From positions 91,574,001-91,638,000 of the forward strand of contig NC_043000.1 of assembly GCF_006345805.1 (NCBI RefSeq): a stretch of DNA of 64,000 bases, written 5' to 3'. A model generated the notes under the pieces. That model did no database searches. It was given only the letters and a program-made list of their open reading frames with translations, and was not told the DNA's origin. The first letter of the stretch is position 1. Each line of letters starts with the position of its first letter. Made by a program: the position numbers and the translations under genes. Positions 1-12,379 of this stretch are shown here, piece after piece. The stretch comes from Octopus sinensis. Its lineage: Eukaryota.

Positions 1-486
1 AGATTGCAAGCTAGCAGAACCGTTTGCATGCCGGATAAAATGCTTACGGCTATTTCGTCCGTCTTTGCATACTGAGTTCGAATCCCGCCGAGGTTAACTT
101 TACTTTTATTCATTTCGGAGCCGATAGAATAAATACCACCCAGATACTGGGGTCAATGTAATCAACTTCCCTCTCCCTTCAAAAACTACTAGCCTTGTGC
201 TTAATATGAAACCATTGTTATGGCGAGGTGGCTGAATACTTAGTAGGTCAGACAAAATATTTAGAGACATTTTTTCCAGCTCTTTATGTACAGAATTTAA
301 ACCTCACCAAGGTCGACTTCGCCTTTCCTTCTTTCGAGGTCGATAAAATGTAGTACTGAGATCAATGTAATTAACCTGCCATCTCCCCAGAAACTTCATG
401 ATTTGTGCCTATTGGAGAAAGAATTATGAGACACCGTTTTATGTGAAAGGTAAGTTTTCCATATTTTCTTAACCAGCTGAAATCTA

Positions 487-840
487 GTGGAGGCGCAATG
501 TCCCAGTGGTTGGGGCAGCGGACTCACGGTCGGAGGATCGCGGTTTCAATTATTATAAGACGAAATAGCCTTAAGCATTTTATCAATTCCCAGACCGGAC
601 GTTGTGTGTGTTTATTGAGCGAAAACACCAAATAATCTCCACGAGGCTCCGGTAGGGGGGGGGGACTCCTGTTGTACTCTTTCGCCACAACTTTCTATCA
701 TTCTCTCTTCCTGTTTCTTGAGTAACACTGCGATGGACTGGCGTCCCGTCCAGCTGGGGGGAAATCATACGCCACAGAAACCGGGAAACCGGGAAACCGG
801 GCCCATGAGCCTGGCTAGGCTTCAGAAGAGCAAAAAAAAA
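487..840 (+). mobile_element. tRNA-derived SINE (family C), with a 31-bp insertion in its B box
   Basis: Head GTGGAGGCGCAATGTCCCAGTGGT (A-box-like). The B box GGTTTCAATTCC is split by an insert. Body and A-rich tail match the copies at 61115-61439 (+) and ~42265-42575, ~53990-54295 (-). Confidence 0.85.
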
Positions 841-1634
841 ACCCTGAAATCTATATCTTGTTAAAAGAAAATGAGAAATGTTACTATTATGAAATGAGAA
901 AATTCACTACTTCATGGTGGTGCTCCAGCACAACCGTAACCACTTAGCTGAAACGAATAAATAAATATTACCTTTCAGGAATGGAAGGGCAAAATCTATG
1001 ACCTTATATTCTCGGGATTTTTAAAAAGCTCGTGGAAGAAAGAAAATAATTTGTTTTAAGCCAGAGTCCAAGTCGAATGCTTACACAGAACGCATCCTGC
1101 TAAAGACCACCAAGTACCAACCAAGAGATTGTCTTAAATCAATGACTGAATAATTCAATCACTATAACACCTCAGAATGTGAACGCAATGAACAAGAACA
1201 GGTACCACAAACCTAATTAATTATTCAGTCAATTAACCAGCCAGAACAGGTACATTATTTTATCGACCCCATTCACCAAAAAAAAAAAAGCAAAACATGA
1301 ATGACAATGTTGATCTCGGTAGACTTGAACTTACAAACGCAGGAACAAATACCTCAAAGCATTTTGCTCTAAGTTCTAGCAACTCTGCCAATTCACCGAC
1401 ATACTCATTTTAGAGATCACATTTGCCAATGCTAATAGTAAGTAATCACAAACGTCATCATTATCATCATTTTTTAATCATCATCAACAGCCTTAAGATC
1501 ATCATAACGCCCACAATTTTAACATCCACTTATCTCACAATGAGAAGAATTAAAATTCATTTCTGTTCAAAAGTTTGATAATAGAATTACCAATTATTTT
1601 TGTATAATTTGGAATGTTCTCCTGGTATATTTAC

Positions 1635-1736
1635 CTCTGCTTGGCTCTGATATTCGTTCAAATATTGATTTCTTTGCACCAAGCAAAAGGCCCCGTTTTC
1701 ATAGATGAGGATGTATAGTTGAGTGAACCAAATATA
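1635..1736 (-). CDS. Candidate internal coding exon (YIWFTQLYILIYENGAFCLVQRNQYLNEYQSQAE)
   Basis: ATATTTCAG acceptor and GAG|GTAAAT donor. 102 nt, phase 0-0, other two frames closed. No homology recognised. Confidence 0.3.
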
Positions 1737-2024
1737 CTGAAATATTGGTTGATAGTTTATCAATTCTGGAAGGATTAAATAATATGGTCACTTCAAGAGT
1801 GATTTGAACTTCATGAAGTGGTTATAATGTTATTTGTGATGTATGATTTTAGACTTCGCCGTTGAATTGTTTTAGAATTCGTAGTGAGAGTATGGTAAGA
1901 AGTTAGCTTCCCATCCATATGGTTCTGGGTTCAATGCCACTGTCTCGCACCAAGAGAGAGACACTTCTCCTATAGCCCCAGGTTGAACAGAACATGAACA
2001 TATACACACACATGTATATGTATG

Positions 2025-2082
<58 letters not shown>

Positions 2083-2344
2083 CATTGAAATTATTTGCCT
2101 AGTGCCTAAATTAGAATCTATTTCAGGCGTTGGATTCGTAGCATCAATGCAATATCAAGACAAAGGAGAAATGTTTTGTGGTATTTCCTCCAGCTCTTTT
2201 TGTTCTGAGTACAAATTCCTCTTTTGTCTTTATGGGGGGGGGTCGATAAAATAAAGTACTAGTCAAGTACTGGGGTCGAAGTAATCGACCATCCCCTCCT
2301 CCCTAAATTTCAGGCCTTGTGCTTATATTAGAAAGGATTATTAT

Positions 2345-2950
2345 TATTGTATAACTGTTCGACATTTAATATTTTGAGGCAAATTTCTACTGCATCACCT
2401 GCTACAACCGTATTGTTGGGGTATGTGTAGCATTGTGTATTCTTTTCTGTTGTTGGGTGTGTGCAAACTCTTCCCAGTATCGTATTGTGTTAGTTTATTT
2501 TTCTATTGAGGTGTAGTGCAGTCTTTTGTTGTGTTGCTGATTGTATTGTGCATTGATTGTGTTATGCGTTGGTTATTTAGCCTGCTGGTGGAAGGTTATT
2601 TCACTGGGTAATTGTTGTACAGAGTGTCTTGTGTTTGTAGGTTGTGTTGTTTAGGTTGTATTATTGAATTGATAGTGTCTTGCCTAGGATGCGGGCTGTT
2701 CCTAACCGGGCTACTTTTTGGATACTGTGTAGTGTTGAGAATCCAGGTATAGCTTCTACAGTTTATGTTTTTTTATTATGCCCAATGTTCCAATTATCAT
2801 TTGTATTGATTTTACTACCTTCACGCCCCACTTCTTTAATAATTCAATTTCGAGGTTTTTGTACCTTGACACTTTCTCCGCTTCTTTTTGGACAATATTT
2901 TGATCAGAAGCTACTGAAATGTCTATCAGTAAGCAGGTGTTTATCAGTAG
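2345..2950 (-). mobile_element. 3' end of an RLE-type (R4/Dong-like) non-LTR retrotransposon
   Basis: Minus frame TCLLIDISVASDQNIVQKEAEKVSRYKNLEIEL..WGVKVVKSIQMIIGTLG resembles the RLE C-terminus of the 52-54 kb copy. It is followed by a 3' UTR ending in an (AAT)n tail near 2340. Confidence 0.75.
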
Positions 2951-3090
2951 CAGCAGCAATAGTGGTAGTAGTAGCAGCAGCAGCATTAGTAGTAGTTGTG
3001 GTGGTGGTAGTAGTAGTGGTGGTGGTAAGATTATTAATTGTAAGAGCAATATAACAGAGGATGTGTAAATGTGTGTTTGTGTGTATGTTG

Positions 3091-3136
<46 letters not shown>

Positions 3137-3285
3137 GCATATATTCTTCTTTCTTTTTCTAACTCTTATCTCGCCACCTCCACAGTCATTCCTTCTTCTC
3201 CATTACTTCCTTCCTTCTTAGATATCAGTCCAACAAACAAACGTAAAACAAAACAACCCAGTAGAACTAAAAGAATAAATAAACA

Positions 3286-3346
<61 letters not shown>

Positions 3347-3714
3347 GCATTTAACCAAAACCAACACAAAAATATTGGTGCGTAATAAGAACAGTAAAAA
3401 AATATCAGAACTTTTGAAGGAAACCAAGTTTGTTTTCTTAGATAATAATTAAAAATGCACTTTTCCTTGCTATCCTTTGATCAATAATAGCATAGCAAGG
3501 GTATATAATGAGAAAATACTATATTTACAGGTTTTTAAAAATAAAACTTTTGAAAACTGAAATTTTGCTTAAAAATTATTTTTTTTAAAATTTTCAAAAT
3601 ACAAGCAAAAACAGAAATTGGACTTTACTTATTTTCCTTAATTTTAATTTTTTAAAAATGTGTTTTAAGTTCAGTTATAATTTTTGGGTGTTTATGTTAT
3701 TTTAAATGATGCAG

Positions 3715-3746
<32 letters not shown>

Positions 3747-4146
3747 GCAGATGTCTTTTTCAGAGCTGTTTATTTTTGTTGTTCTTGTTCTTGTTTCATT
3801 GTTATTCATGCAAATCTAGGAATCTGTGTGCTTACATGCATAAATGTGTGCTTGTGCGTGTATAAAATTTCGGATTGAATTCCTTAAAGTTTCCACTGTG
3901 TGCGCGTGTACATATACATACATATATATACATACATACACACACACATACACACACACACACACACAGAGACATATATATCTATATATGTAAGTATATA
4001 TATATATGGATAGGTATATACGCATATATATATATACACATATATATATACATATATATCTATAAATATGCACATATATATACGTGTGTGTGTGTGTGTG
4101 TGTGTGTACCGTTGGCGATTTTTTCCCTCCGTTTTAATGTTTGGAT

Positions 4147-4200
<54 letters not shown>

Positions 4201-4380
4201 ATACAATGGTTGAGAGTTTCATGCATTAGCACTTACTAATGAATGAAACTCTTGGCCCTTGAGTCACTCTGTAACTTCTGCTAATTTTGTATAAAAGTCA
4301 TATGTATATGCTCATGTTTTAAGTTCAACACTTCTTTTTGTTTTACCAAACTTGCATGCGTATATACATGCATACATACA

Positions 4381-4427
<47 letters not shown>

Positions 4428-5132
4428 GCATATGTATATATGCATGTGTTCATATATACATATGTACATATATATATGTGTGTATGTGTGTGTGTATCAA
4501 TACATATATATAATATATTCATGTATGTATATAATATATACGCACACACACTAAACAAACTCAGAACAAATAGGTGCATATGATCGACTTACTGTGGTAA
4601 TTCCTCTAACAAAATCAATGTTCAAGATTTGTTGTCCTTATATGTTCATATGCATTTGCGCATATGCATATGTGTATGTGTGAGTGCGTGTGCATATGTA
4701 TGTGTGTGTGAGTGCACATGTGAATGTGCTTATGCTCAAATAAGTGAATACCTAGTAATATTTGCGAAATTACTTTATGCAATTCTATTAATGAAAATCT
4801 GCATGAATATAAATTACATTCAATAAAAGTGGCTGTGTATCTTTACAGAAATATATGCTCAAATATGTAAATATACATCAGCCTATATAAAGAAATATAT
4901 ACGTATCTATAAAACCTATATCCATATGTATACATATATGTGTGATTTTATACACATACACACATATATATATAGACACACATACACAAACATATATATA
5001 TGTGTGTGCGTGAGCGTATGTGTGCGCGCGCGCGTGTGTGTATGCATGTGCATATATGTATACTTTTACACACCCGTCTTCGTCTTTTGTTCTTTTGGAA
5101 ATTCTCATTATATATATATATATATATATATA

Positions 5133-5653
5133 TAAACTTAGATAAACTTAGATATGTTTCGACCAGAGATTGGTCCAGGCCATGTCTAACTTAATAGCAC
5201 CACCTGATAGGATTATTCGAATCCTGTTTAAGTCAAGTTTTGTTCAAGTAGTGAGTTCTTGTTGGGTGAGTTGTATCCAGTTTTGTTCAAGTAGTGAGTT
5301 CTTGTTGGGTGAGTTGTATCCAATTATGGGTGGCTTGTCTGGTATTCTTTGAAGGAATCTATCCAGACTATGTTTGAAGTTGATGGGATCCTTTTCCTCT
5401 TTGATCTCCCTCGGGACAATGTTAAATAGGGCAGGGCCTGTTGAGGAAAAGAAATTATGTTGCAGTGTACATGTATGTTGTGATCTTGAATTTGGCAGGG
5501 GACGTATAGCCCGTGGTCCAAGTCTCGGATGAACCTTGAAACTAATGTTTAGGTCGTTTGGGCAAAGTTGGCGGTATATTTTCCACATCGTACAAATGAT
5601 GTACCGCTCACGCTGGAGGGAGTAAAGTTTCAAGGCTTTAAGGCGATCCCAAT
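5133..5653 (-). mobile_element. 3' end of a CR1/L2-group LINE (5'-truncated)
   Basis: ORF 5244..5678 (-) reads YWDRLKALKLYSLQRERY...GPALFNIVPREIK...FKHSLDRFLQRIPDKP, typical of CR1/L2-group ORF2 C-termini. Short repeated tail (ATCTAAGTTT)x2 and an internal perfect 43-bp tandem duplication (5236-5321). Confidence 0.8.
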
Positions 5654-5666
5654 ATATATATATATA

Positions 5667-6172
5667 TGGGGTTGGCAATTAAGTTCCCACCGTTTTTTTT
5701 TTTAATTTTGGAATTTATTGCGTTTTTAAACTTTGGAATCTATTTTTTTTTCTAGTTAATTTTAGTTAATTTTTGTTTATTTTCAGATCATTAAAATGGA
5801 ACGTGAAATTAAGAAAACGAGCAGTTTCGGCACCTCCCTTGTTTTACTTTTAGTCATGGTTCTAAGGCCGCAAAAGCTGCTCGCGACATTTATGCTGTGT
5901 ATAAAGAACCGCTCGTGATTGGTATGCCAAGTTCAAAAATGGAAATTTTGACCTCAAAGACACACTTCGTTCTGGCCGTCCAGTTGAGTTCCATGAAGAG
6001 CGATTAAACCAAATTTTGCACAAAAATTCTTGTCAGACGACAAGGGAACTGCCAGAGAAAATGGAATGCTCCCACATTGCTATAGAGAAGCATCTTTACT
6101 CGATGAGAAAAGTTCAGAAGTATGGATCATGTGTTCCGCATGCTTTAAGTGACAACAACAAAAATCAACAAG
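5667..6172 (+). mobile_element. Mariner element left end plus degenerate N-terminal transposase (HTH region)
   Basis: TIR-like TGGGGTTGGCAATTAAG after a TA tract and ATG at 5796. Frameshifted ...KFKNGNFDLKDTLRSGRPVEF...TTRELPEKMECSHIAIEKHLYSMRKVQKYGSCVPHAL (WVPHEL-like motif). Confidence 0.85.
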
Positions 6173-7212
6173 CCCGACATTCAAAGAGGTCAAATTGTTG
6201 GTGCTCGCATGGCAGGCGCTAGCATAACAAAAACAGCTGAAATGTGTGGTGTATCAAGAAGTACTGTCTAGAAAGTAATGACAGCCTTTGTGAAAGAGGG
6301 AAAAACCTCCTCGTTGATACGAAATTCCTGAAGAAAAGCAAAATTTTCAGATAGGGGCCGTCGGACGTTTACGCGAATTGTTAGAAAGGATTACAAAAGT
6401 ACAGCTCCCAAAATTACGGCAGAGCTTAAAGACCACCTCAAGAACCAATTTTCCACAAAAACTGTTTGCCAGGAGCTGCACAAAGCCGGATTTCATGGGA
6501 GGGCTGCAATAAAAAACCGCTACTTTCAAAAACAAGCGTTGCAAAGCATTTAGAGTGGAGTAAAAACCTACAGAATTGGTCCCGAGAACAGTGGAAGAAT
6601 ATTATTTTCTCGGACGAGCCATCATTTACCTTCTTTCCAACTACGGGCGAGTATATGTGAGGAGACAGCCATAAGAAGCATTTGACCTAGATTGCCTTCT
6701 TTCAACTGCTAAATATGGAGGAGGATCTGTACTGATCTGGGGGTGGGGGTATATCTTGGAAATCCGCAGGCTCAATGGCTTCCCTTCATGGCAGAATTAA
6801 TAGCCAAGGCTAAGCATTTTATCTGATCAATTTCATCCTGTGTTTGCAGAACTGTTTCCGGAGGGAAATGCAATCTTTCAGGATGATAATGCACCAATTC
6901 ACATAGCTAAAGTTGTTAGTGAGTGGCACGAGGAATATTCTAGTGAAGTTGTACATCTTATCTGACGACCGGAGTCCTCAGATCTCATTATTGAACATTT
7001 TAGAAAAGCAAGTAAAGAGTTGACATCCTCCACTATCATGACTACAAGAAGTGGAAAATGGACAAAAATTCCTTTGGAAAACATTCAAACTTTGTACGAG
7101 TCCATTCCTTATAGAATTCAAGCTGTAATTACTGCCAAAAGTAGTCCTACCCCATATTAAAATAAATTTGTTTGAAATTTTAAGGTGTTTCCATTATTTT
7201 GTTCAACACCTG
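6173..7212 (+). mobile_element. Degenerate Tc1-family transposase with right TIR
   Basis: Stitched frames give IQRGQIVGARMAGASITKTAEMCGVSRST, WKNIIFSDEP, IFQDDNAPIHIAKVV and a PESSDLIIEH-like motif, with stop at 7158-7160. Terminal AGGTGTTTCCATTATTTTGTTCAACACCTG. Multiple stops and frameshifts. Confidence 0.9.
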
Positions 7213-7215
7213 TGT

Positions 7216-7266
<51 letters not shown>

Positions 7267-7617
7267 GTGTGTGTGTGTGTGTGTGTGTGTATGTTTATAT
7301 ATTTACATATACACACATATATATATATGTATATGTATTCATACGGAAGAGTGTGCCTCTATATATGTGTATCTATGTATTGATATATGTGTGTGTATAT
7401 ATACACGTTTGTCTATCTATCTATCTATATATTTATCTATCTATTTGTATGTATATTTATATGAGTGTGTATGTGCATATGTGTGTGTATGTTCATACAT
7501 ATATATGTGAGTGAGCATGAATGCATTTGTACATCTGCATTGCATTGTCTGTACAGTTTGTACAGACGTATATATATTCACACAAACATGCAAATAACGT
7601 ATGTGCACACAGACACA

Positions 7618-7665
<48 letters not shown>

Positions 7666-8025
7666 GACACACACACACATATACACCAATAAAATTTCAT
7701 ACTTACATAATCCTTTTTCAGAACCATGGTAAGGTTCTCAGCTATTAAATTTTAAATTTATTTGTCTTTGTTTGAATTTATGATTGAGCATCATTTAAAA
7801 TTTTCTTCCAATTTTGCATTATAGCTTTCACTGTTTATTTTGTATTAAAACTTCTAAGCTGAACACTTTGTTCTCATGTATTATCAGACGCATTTTATTT
7901 GAAACGTGTTTTCTCATTCCAAATGCATGTAACTGAACAATTTTACATAGTTAGATTCTAAGTAATAAATAATATTCCTCTACATACAAAATTATCAACC
8001 AAACAAATGACCGATTTAAATTTTG

Positions 8026-8056
<31 letters not shown>

Positions 8057-8623
8057 TGTGTGTGTTTGTGTGTGTATGTGTGTGCGTAGATGACATGGTT
8101 GTGACATGGTTACGAAGTAAGTTTCCTAATGACATGGTTTTGGATTCGGTCATACTGTGCAGCAACTTGTATGACTGACTTTTACTATAGCTGATGGTTG
8201 ACCAAAGCTTTGTGAGTGGATTTACAAGGCGGAAACTGAAACTTTTACAAGGCGGAAACTGAAACTTTTTACTTCTCATCGTTTTAACGTTCATTTTTCC
8301 ATACTAGCATGGGTTCGGTGGAATTTGTTGAAATAGATGATTTTCTAAAGATGGATGCTCTTCCTGTCACCAACCTTCACTTGTTTCCAAGTAAGGTAAT
8401 AATTCCCTATAACCAGACATGTTTTATTGTAAGTTTGAGAATGAAGAGCATACATTTACAGCTATTACATGAAATCAAAGAAGACACACATGTACATATA
8501 TACATATGTACGTACACACGTATGTACGTACGTACATATATACATACACACATGCATACATACACACATGCATACATGCATACGTTCATGCATACATACA
8601 TACATACATACATACATACATAC

Positions 8624-8656
<33 letters not shown>

Positions 8657-8815
8657 GCATGCATGCATACATACAGGTGGTATATAAACGATGAAAGGCA
8701 ATGTGGTACAAAGGTATGAAGTGATGCAAAACGATGAAAGGCAGCGTTTTTACTCAAACAAGATTTGAATCTAGAGCATAAACAGCTGGAAGGAATTCTG
8801 ACAAGCATTTTGTCC

Positions 8816-8864
<49 letters not shown>

Positions 8865-8867
<3 letters not shown>

Positions 8868-9281
8868 TAAAGATCTTGAAATAGAAACCAGCAAAATGTG
8901 GAAGATGAAGACTAAAACAATACCTGTTGTCATAGGTGCCCTGGGAATGATAGCAAAAGGGGCTGATAGCTACCTAACTCAGATAGCAGGAAACCCAAAA
9001 ATGGCAGAAGTTCAAAAGATAGTGCTCATGGGAACTGCTCATATCCTACGCAAAATACTCTCTATGTAATCTCAAGGTTTAAAAGAAACATAATTTTCGG
9101 TTTAAAAAAAAAAAAAAAACCTTTTCTTTTTAGACATTCATTAGTACAACATCCCCACCCCCCAAATATATGGCACACTAGGCATAACAACAACATGAAC
9201 TTCCAACCCTGTTGTCTCTTGAGGTCTCTGGGTGAGACTTGGAGCCAACTTGTACAGATATAAAGCAAAAGTCAAACATAG
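8865..9281 (+). mobile_element. 5'-truncated R4/Dong-type LINE 3' end in (AAT)n
   Basis: Encodes YKDLEIETSKMWKMKTKTIPVVIGALGMIAKG...QKIVLMGTAHILRKILSM*. Closely matches 53541-53951. (AAT)n lies on both sides. Confidence 0.9.
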
Positions 9282-9299
9282 AATAATAATAATAATAAT

Positions 9300-9826
9300 T
9301 GGAAGTGTTATCATATACATGATTCGAAGTGTTAACATGTACATTGTTTTGTCTTGGTATAAAAGATGGGCTGCAGCAAATATTCTGCTCAATACCAAAG
9401 ATTTGCTTGTCAGTTGGTTGACCTTAACCAGTTGACCATGTCCCTTAATGACTGACGATATGTGCATCTCTGATCACAAACAGAAGTAGTGGGGGAGTAT
9501 CATAGCCATGTGTTGAGAGGGATTCTTTGAGGTTTGGATAATTCACGTTTGGAAACATGAGTGGTTCGTTCAACATCCTTAAACAACTCTTATTTAGGGA
9601 TCTTTTGAGCGGGATGTGTTACTCAACCAGAAGAAAATTCTAACTGGGCCTCACCTGTAAGGTCATGTGCTGTTTATCTTGATATGAGATCACCATGTCG
9701 CACACATATGGTTGTGATGCATGTGCCTGGTGTACCGTTATCGGGCGGGTAGTCATGATAGGTATACTTGGCTTCCTATATTTTTACCCAGTGTCACTTT
9801 GATCACATGCACTGCTCTTTCACTCA
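9300..9826 (+). mobile_element. ~530-bp (AAT)n-flanked interspersed repeat, probably the 3' UTR of an RLE LINE subfamily
   Basis: A second copy at ~15115-15600 lies just downstream of an RLE ORF remnant. Both end ...GCACTGCTCT(T/C)TCACTC before an AAT-type tail. Confidence 0.65.
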
Positions 9827-10485
9827 ATAATAATAATAATAATAATAATGTTTTATAAAGATTGACGTAATTCTTCTCGAATGGAACTAGACAGGAAAAA
9901 GAGCGCAATGTGATTTGTAACGTATTGTTAATTTAATGGTTTGAACGATATTTTGACAGCTCGAATTTCATCCTTCGGTTCAAAATGTAAAATGAAAACA
10001 ACTGCAGAAACAGAAATTCAAAATGTAAAGGAGGACATCCTGTGTTCCTGTTTTGATAGAATGATGACATCAATGTTCAATTTCATTACAGGCTAAAGGA
10101 AAAGGAAAGAAAAAACGAAAAGCAGAAAAGATAACAGTTAAAAAGAGAAAAGGATATTTAGTCGATATGTATTATGTAAATGTGATGAAATATCGTTCAA
10201 ATCGTTAAATAAACGATCTATTACAAATTGCATCGTATTCTTTTTATTGTTTAATAATAATAGCAATAATAGTTTCAAATTTTGGCACCAGGCCAGTAAT
10301 TTTTGAGAGGATGGGGAAGTTGATTACATTGACCACCGTGCTCGACTGGTGCTTATTTCATCCAAGAATGAAAGGCAAATTTGACCTCTATGGAGCTTAA
10401 ACACAGAACGTAAAGATGGATGAAATAATGCCGCTAATCATTTTGCCCAACGTTCTAATTATTTTGCCAGCTGGCTGCCATAACA

Positions 10486-10545
<60 letters not shown>

Positions 10546-10551
10546 ATAATA

Positions 10552-10908
10552 ATATAAAGATCTCAAAACTAAAACAGTACCTGTTGTCATAGGTGCCCTA
10601 GGAATGATAGCAAAAGGGGCTGATTGCTACCTAGTTCAGATACCAGGAAATCCACCAAATGGCAGAAATTCAAAAGGTACTTCTCATGGGAACTGCCCAT
10701 ATCCTACGTAAAATACCGTCTGTGTAATCTCAAATTTGAAAACATAAGTTTATTATGGTTTCTTAAACATTCTCTAGAACAACACTTTGTACAAAACCAA
10801 ATATATGGCACTCTAGGCATAACACCAACATGAACTTCTAGCATGTTGTCTCTTGAGGTGTCTGGGTGAGACCTGGAGCCAACTTGTATGACAAAGCAAA
10901 AATCAAAC

Positions 10909-10911
<3 letters not shown>
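10552..10911 (+). mobile_element. 5'-truncated R4/Dong-type LINE 3' end
   Basis: Same family as 8865-9281 (KTVPVVIGALGMIAKGADCYLVQIPGNP...) with an internal deletion. Lies between (GAT)n/AAT and (AAT)n. Confidence 0.85.
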
Positions 10912-10960
<49 letters not shown>

Positions 10961-10963
<3 letters not shown>

Positions 10964-11228
10964 GGAAGTTAAGCTGTTGTGGTCACTGAAAAAGGTGGTA
11001 GTTGTAGTACCAAGCCCTGAGAACAGTGAGTAAAAATCTTGAGAAGCACATGGGACAAATAGAGGCTGCAATAAGGGTGGAGCACTTGCAGAAAACAGCA
11101 CTGCTTGGAACCGCTCGAATACTCCAGATGGTGCTCAAAAAATAAGAGGTGTTACCTTAGTTCACTGGTGATGAACTGTTGACACTGTAATACATCTCCA
11201 GCATTAGAAGCTGTGCAAAGGCAATAGA
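10961..11228 (+). mobile_element. 3' end of a second RLE LINE subfamily, stacked in the same (AAT)n tract
   Basis: Frameshifted EVKLLWSLKKVVVV...KNLEKHMGQIEAAIRVEHLQKTALLGTARILQMVLKK*, then a short 3' UTR ending GCAATAGAATAATAAT. Confidence 0.75.
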
Positions 11229-12379
11229 ATAATAATCTTTTTTACTATAAGAACAATGCTTGAAATTTGGGGGAGGGGGATAGTCACTTACATCAAACCT
11301 GGTGTTCAACTGGTACTTATTTTCTCGACCTTGAAAGGATGAAAAGCAAAGTCGACTTCAGCGGAATTTGAACTCGGAACATAAAGACGGGCAAAATGCT
11401 TAGCAAGTTGAGGTAAAATATAAATATATTCAGTTCTAAACAAAATCATGCACAAGGGTTATTTTTCATTATTTCAAGATATTCCAGACTAGGAATTGAA
11501 ATTGTGTCATTGAATATATATGCCAAGAATATGGTACTAAATTCCAGTAGCAAATCATACAGAATTTGAATTTAGAATTATCTTTCTATTTTGGTAGTGG
11601 TGGTGGTGGTGCCGATGGTTATAGTGGTGGTGGTGGTGCCGATGGTTATATATGGTGCTGTATTTTCTTTCATTTTACATAAATAATATTTATCTGAGTT
11701 TATTCCAAACAAACAAGCAAACTCTATATAATAATAGCCAATGTAAACGTTAATTAGCTGATTTTTCCAGTCACACTTTACATCATATTGAGATAATGGG
11801 AGAGAGATATATAAAAAAAAAGAAATACACAGTTAACATACAGAGTACAGGTCTATATAACTTTCTGAAAAATTTGTATTTTATAACGAAATTTTGTTGT
11901 GATTACGTTTTCAGTAGAGTGAATTGTAATTATCTTGATTAAATCTACAAAAATATGGCCAAATATTTATCTCAAATACACAAATAAGAAATTTTAAACT
12001 TTTTAACTTAAAAATTAGAATTCATTTCATCATTTTGAATACACATCAAGACATTTAATAAAAGTTATATTATAAAAATCACATTTAACATGTTTGTGTA
12101 CACATGGGCATGGAAAGACTCTTTGCTGCTGAAATATTCTCAGGAGAAATTCATCTTATAGAAAATGTGTGTGAAAACATATTGGACAATAAATGACGTC
12201 ATCAGATTGTAGGATGTATGCATTTCTATATCATTGCACATTGTCAGTTAAAAATATCGAATCCTTTCTTCACAGCACTATAAGAATAACAGTTTTTATA
12301 AACAAGAACAACAAATAGTATACTTGTTTGGTCAAGCTTGAATAAACAAACTAAAACTGTCATATTCTCTGATATTACC

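Noticed and set aside
6955-6985. CTGACGA hammerhead-like core
   Set aside because: Lies in Tc1 coding sequence with no stem II-GAAA arrangement. Other CTGANGA hits I noticed also lacked the downstream GAAA geometry.
10092-10165. Lys-rich plus-strand exon (AKGKGKKKRKAEK...)
   Set aside because: Explained by A-rich low complexity, has a weak donor and lies inside a probable MITE.
12194-12201. CRE palindrome TGACGTCA
   Set aside because: A single 8-mer in 64 kb is near chance expectation and has no promoter context.
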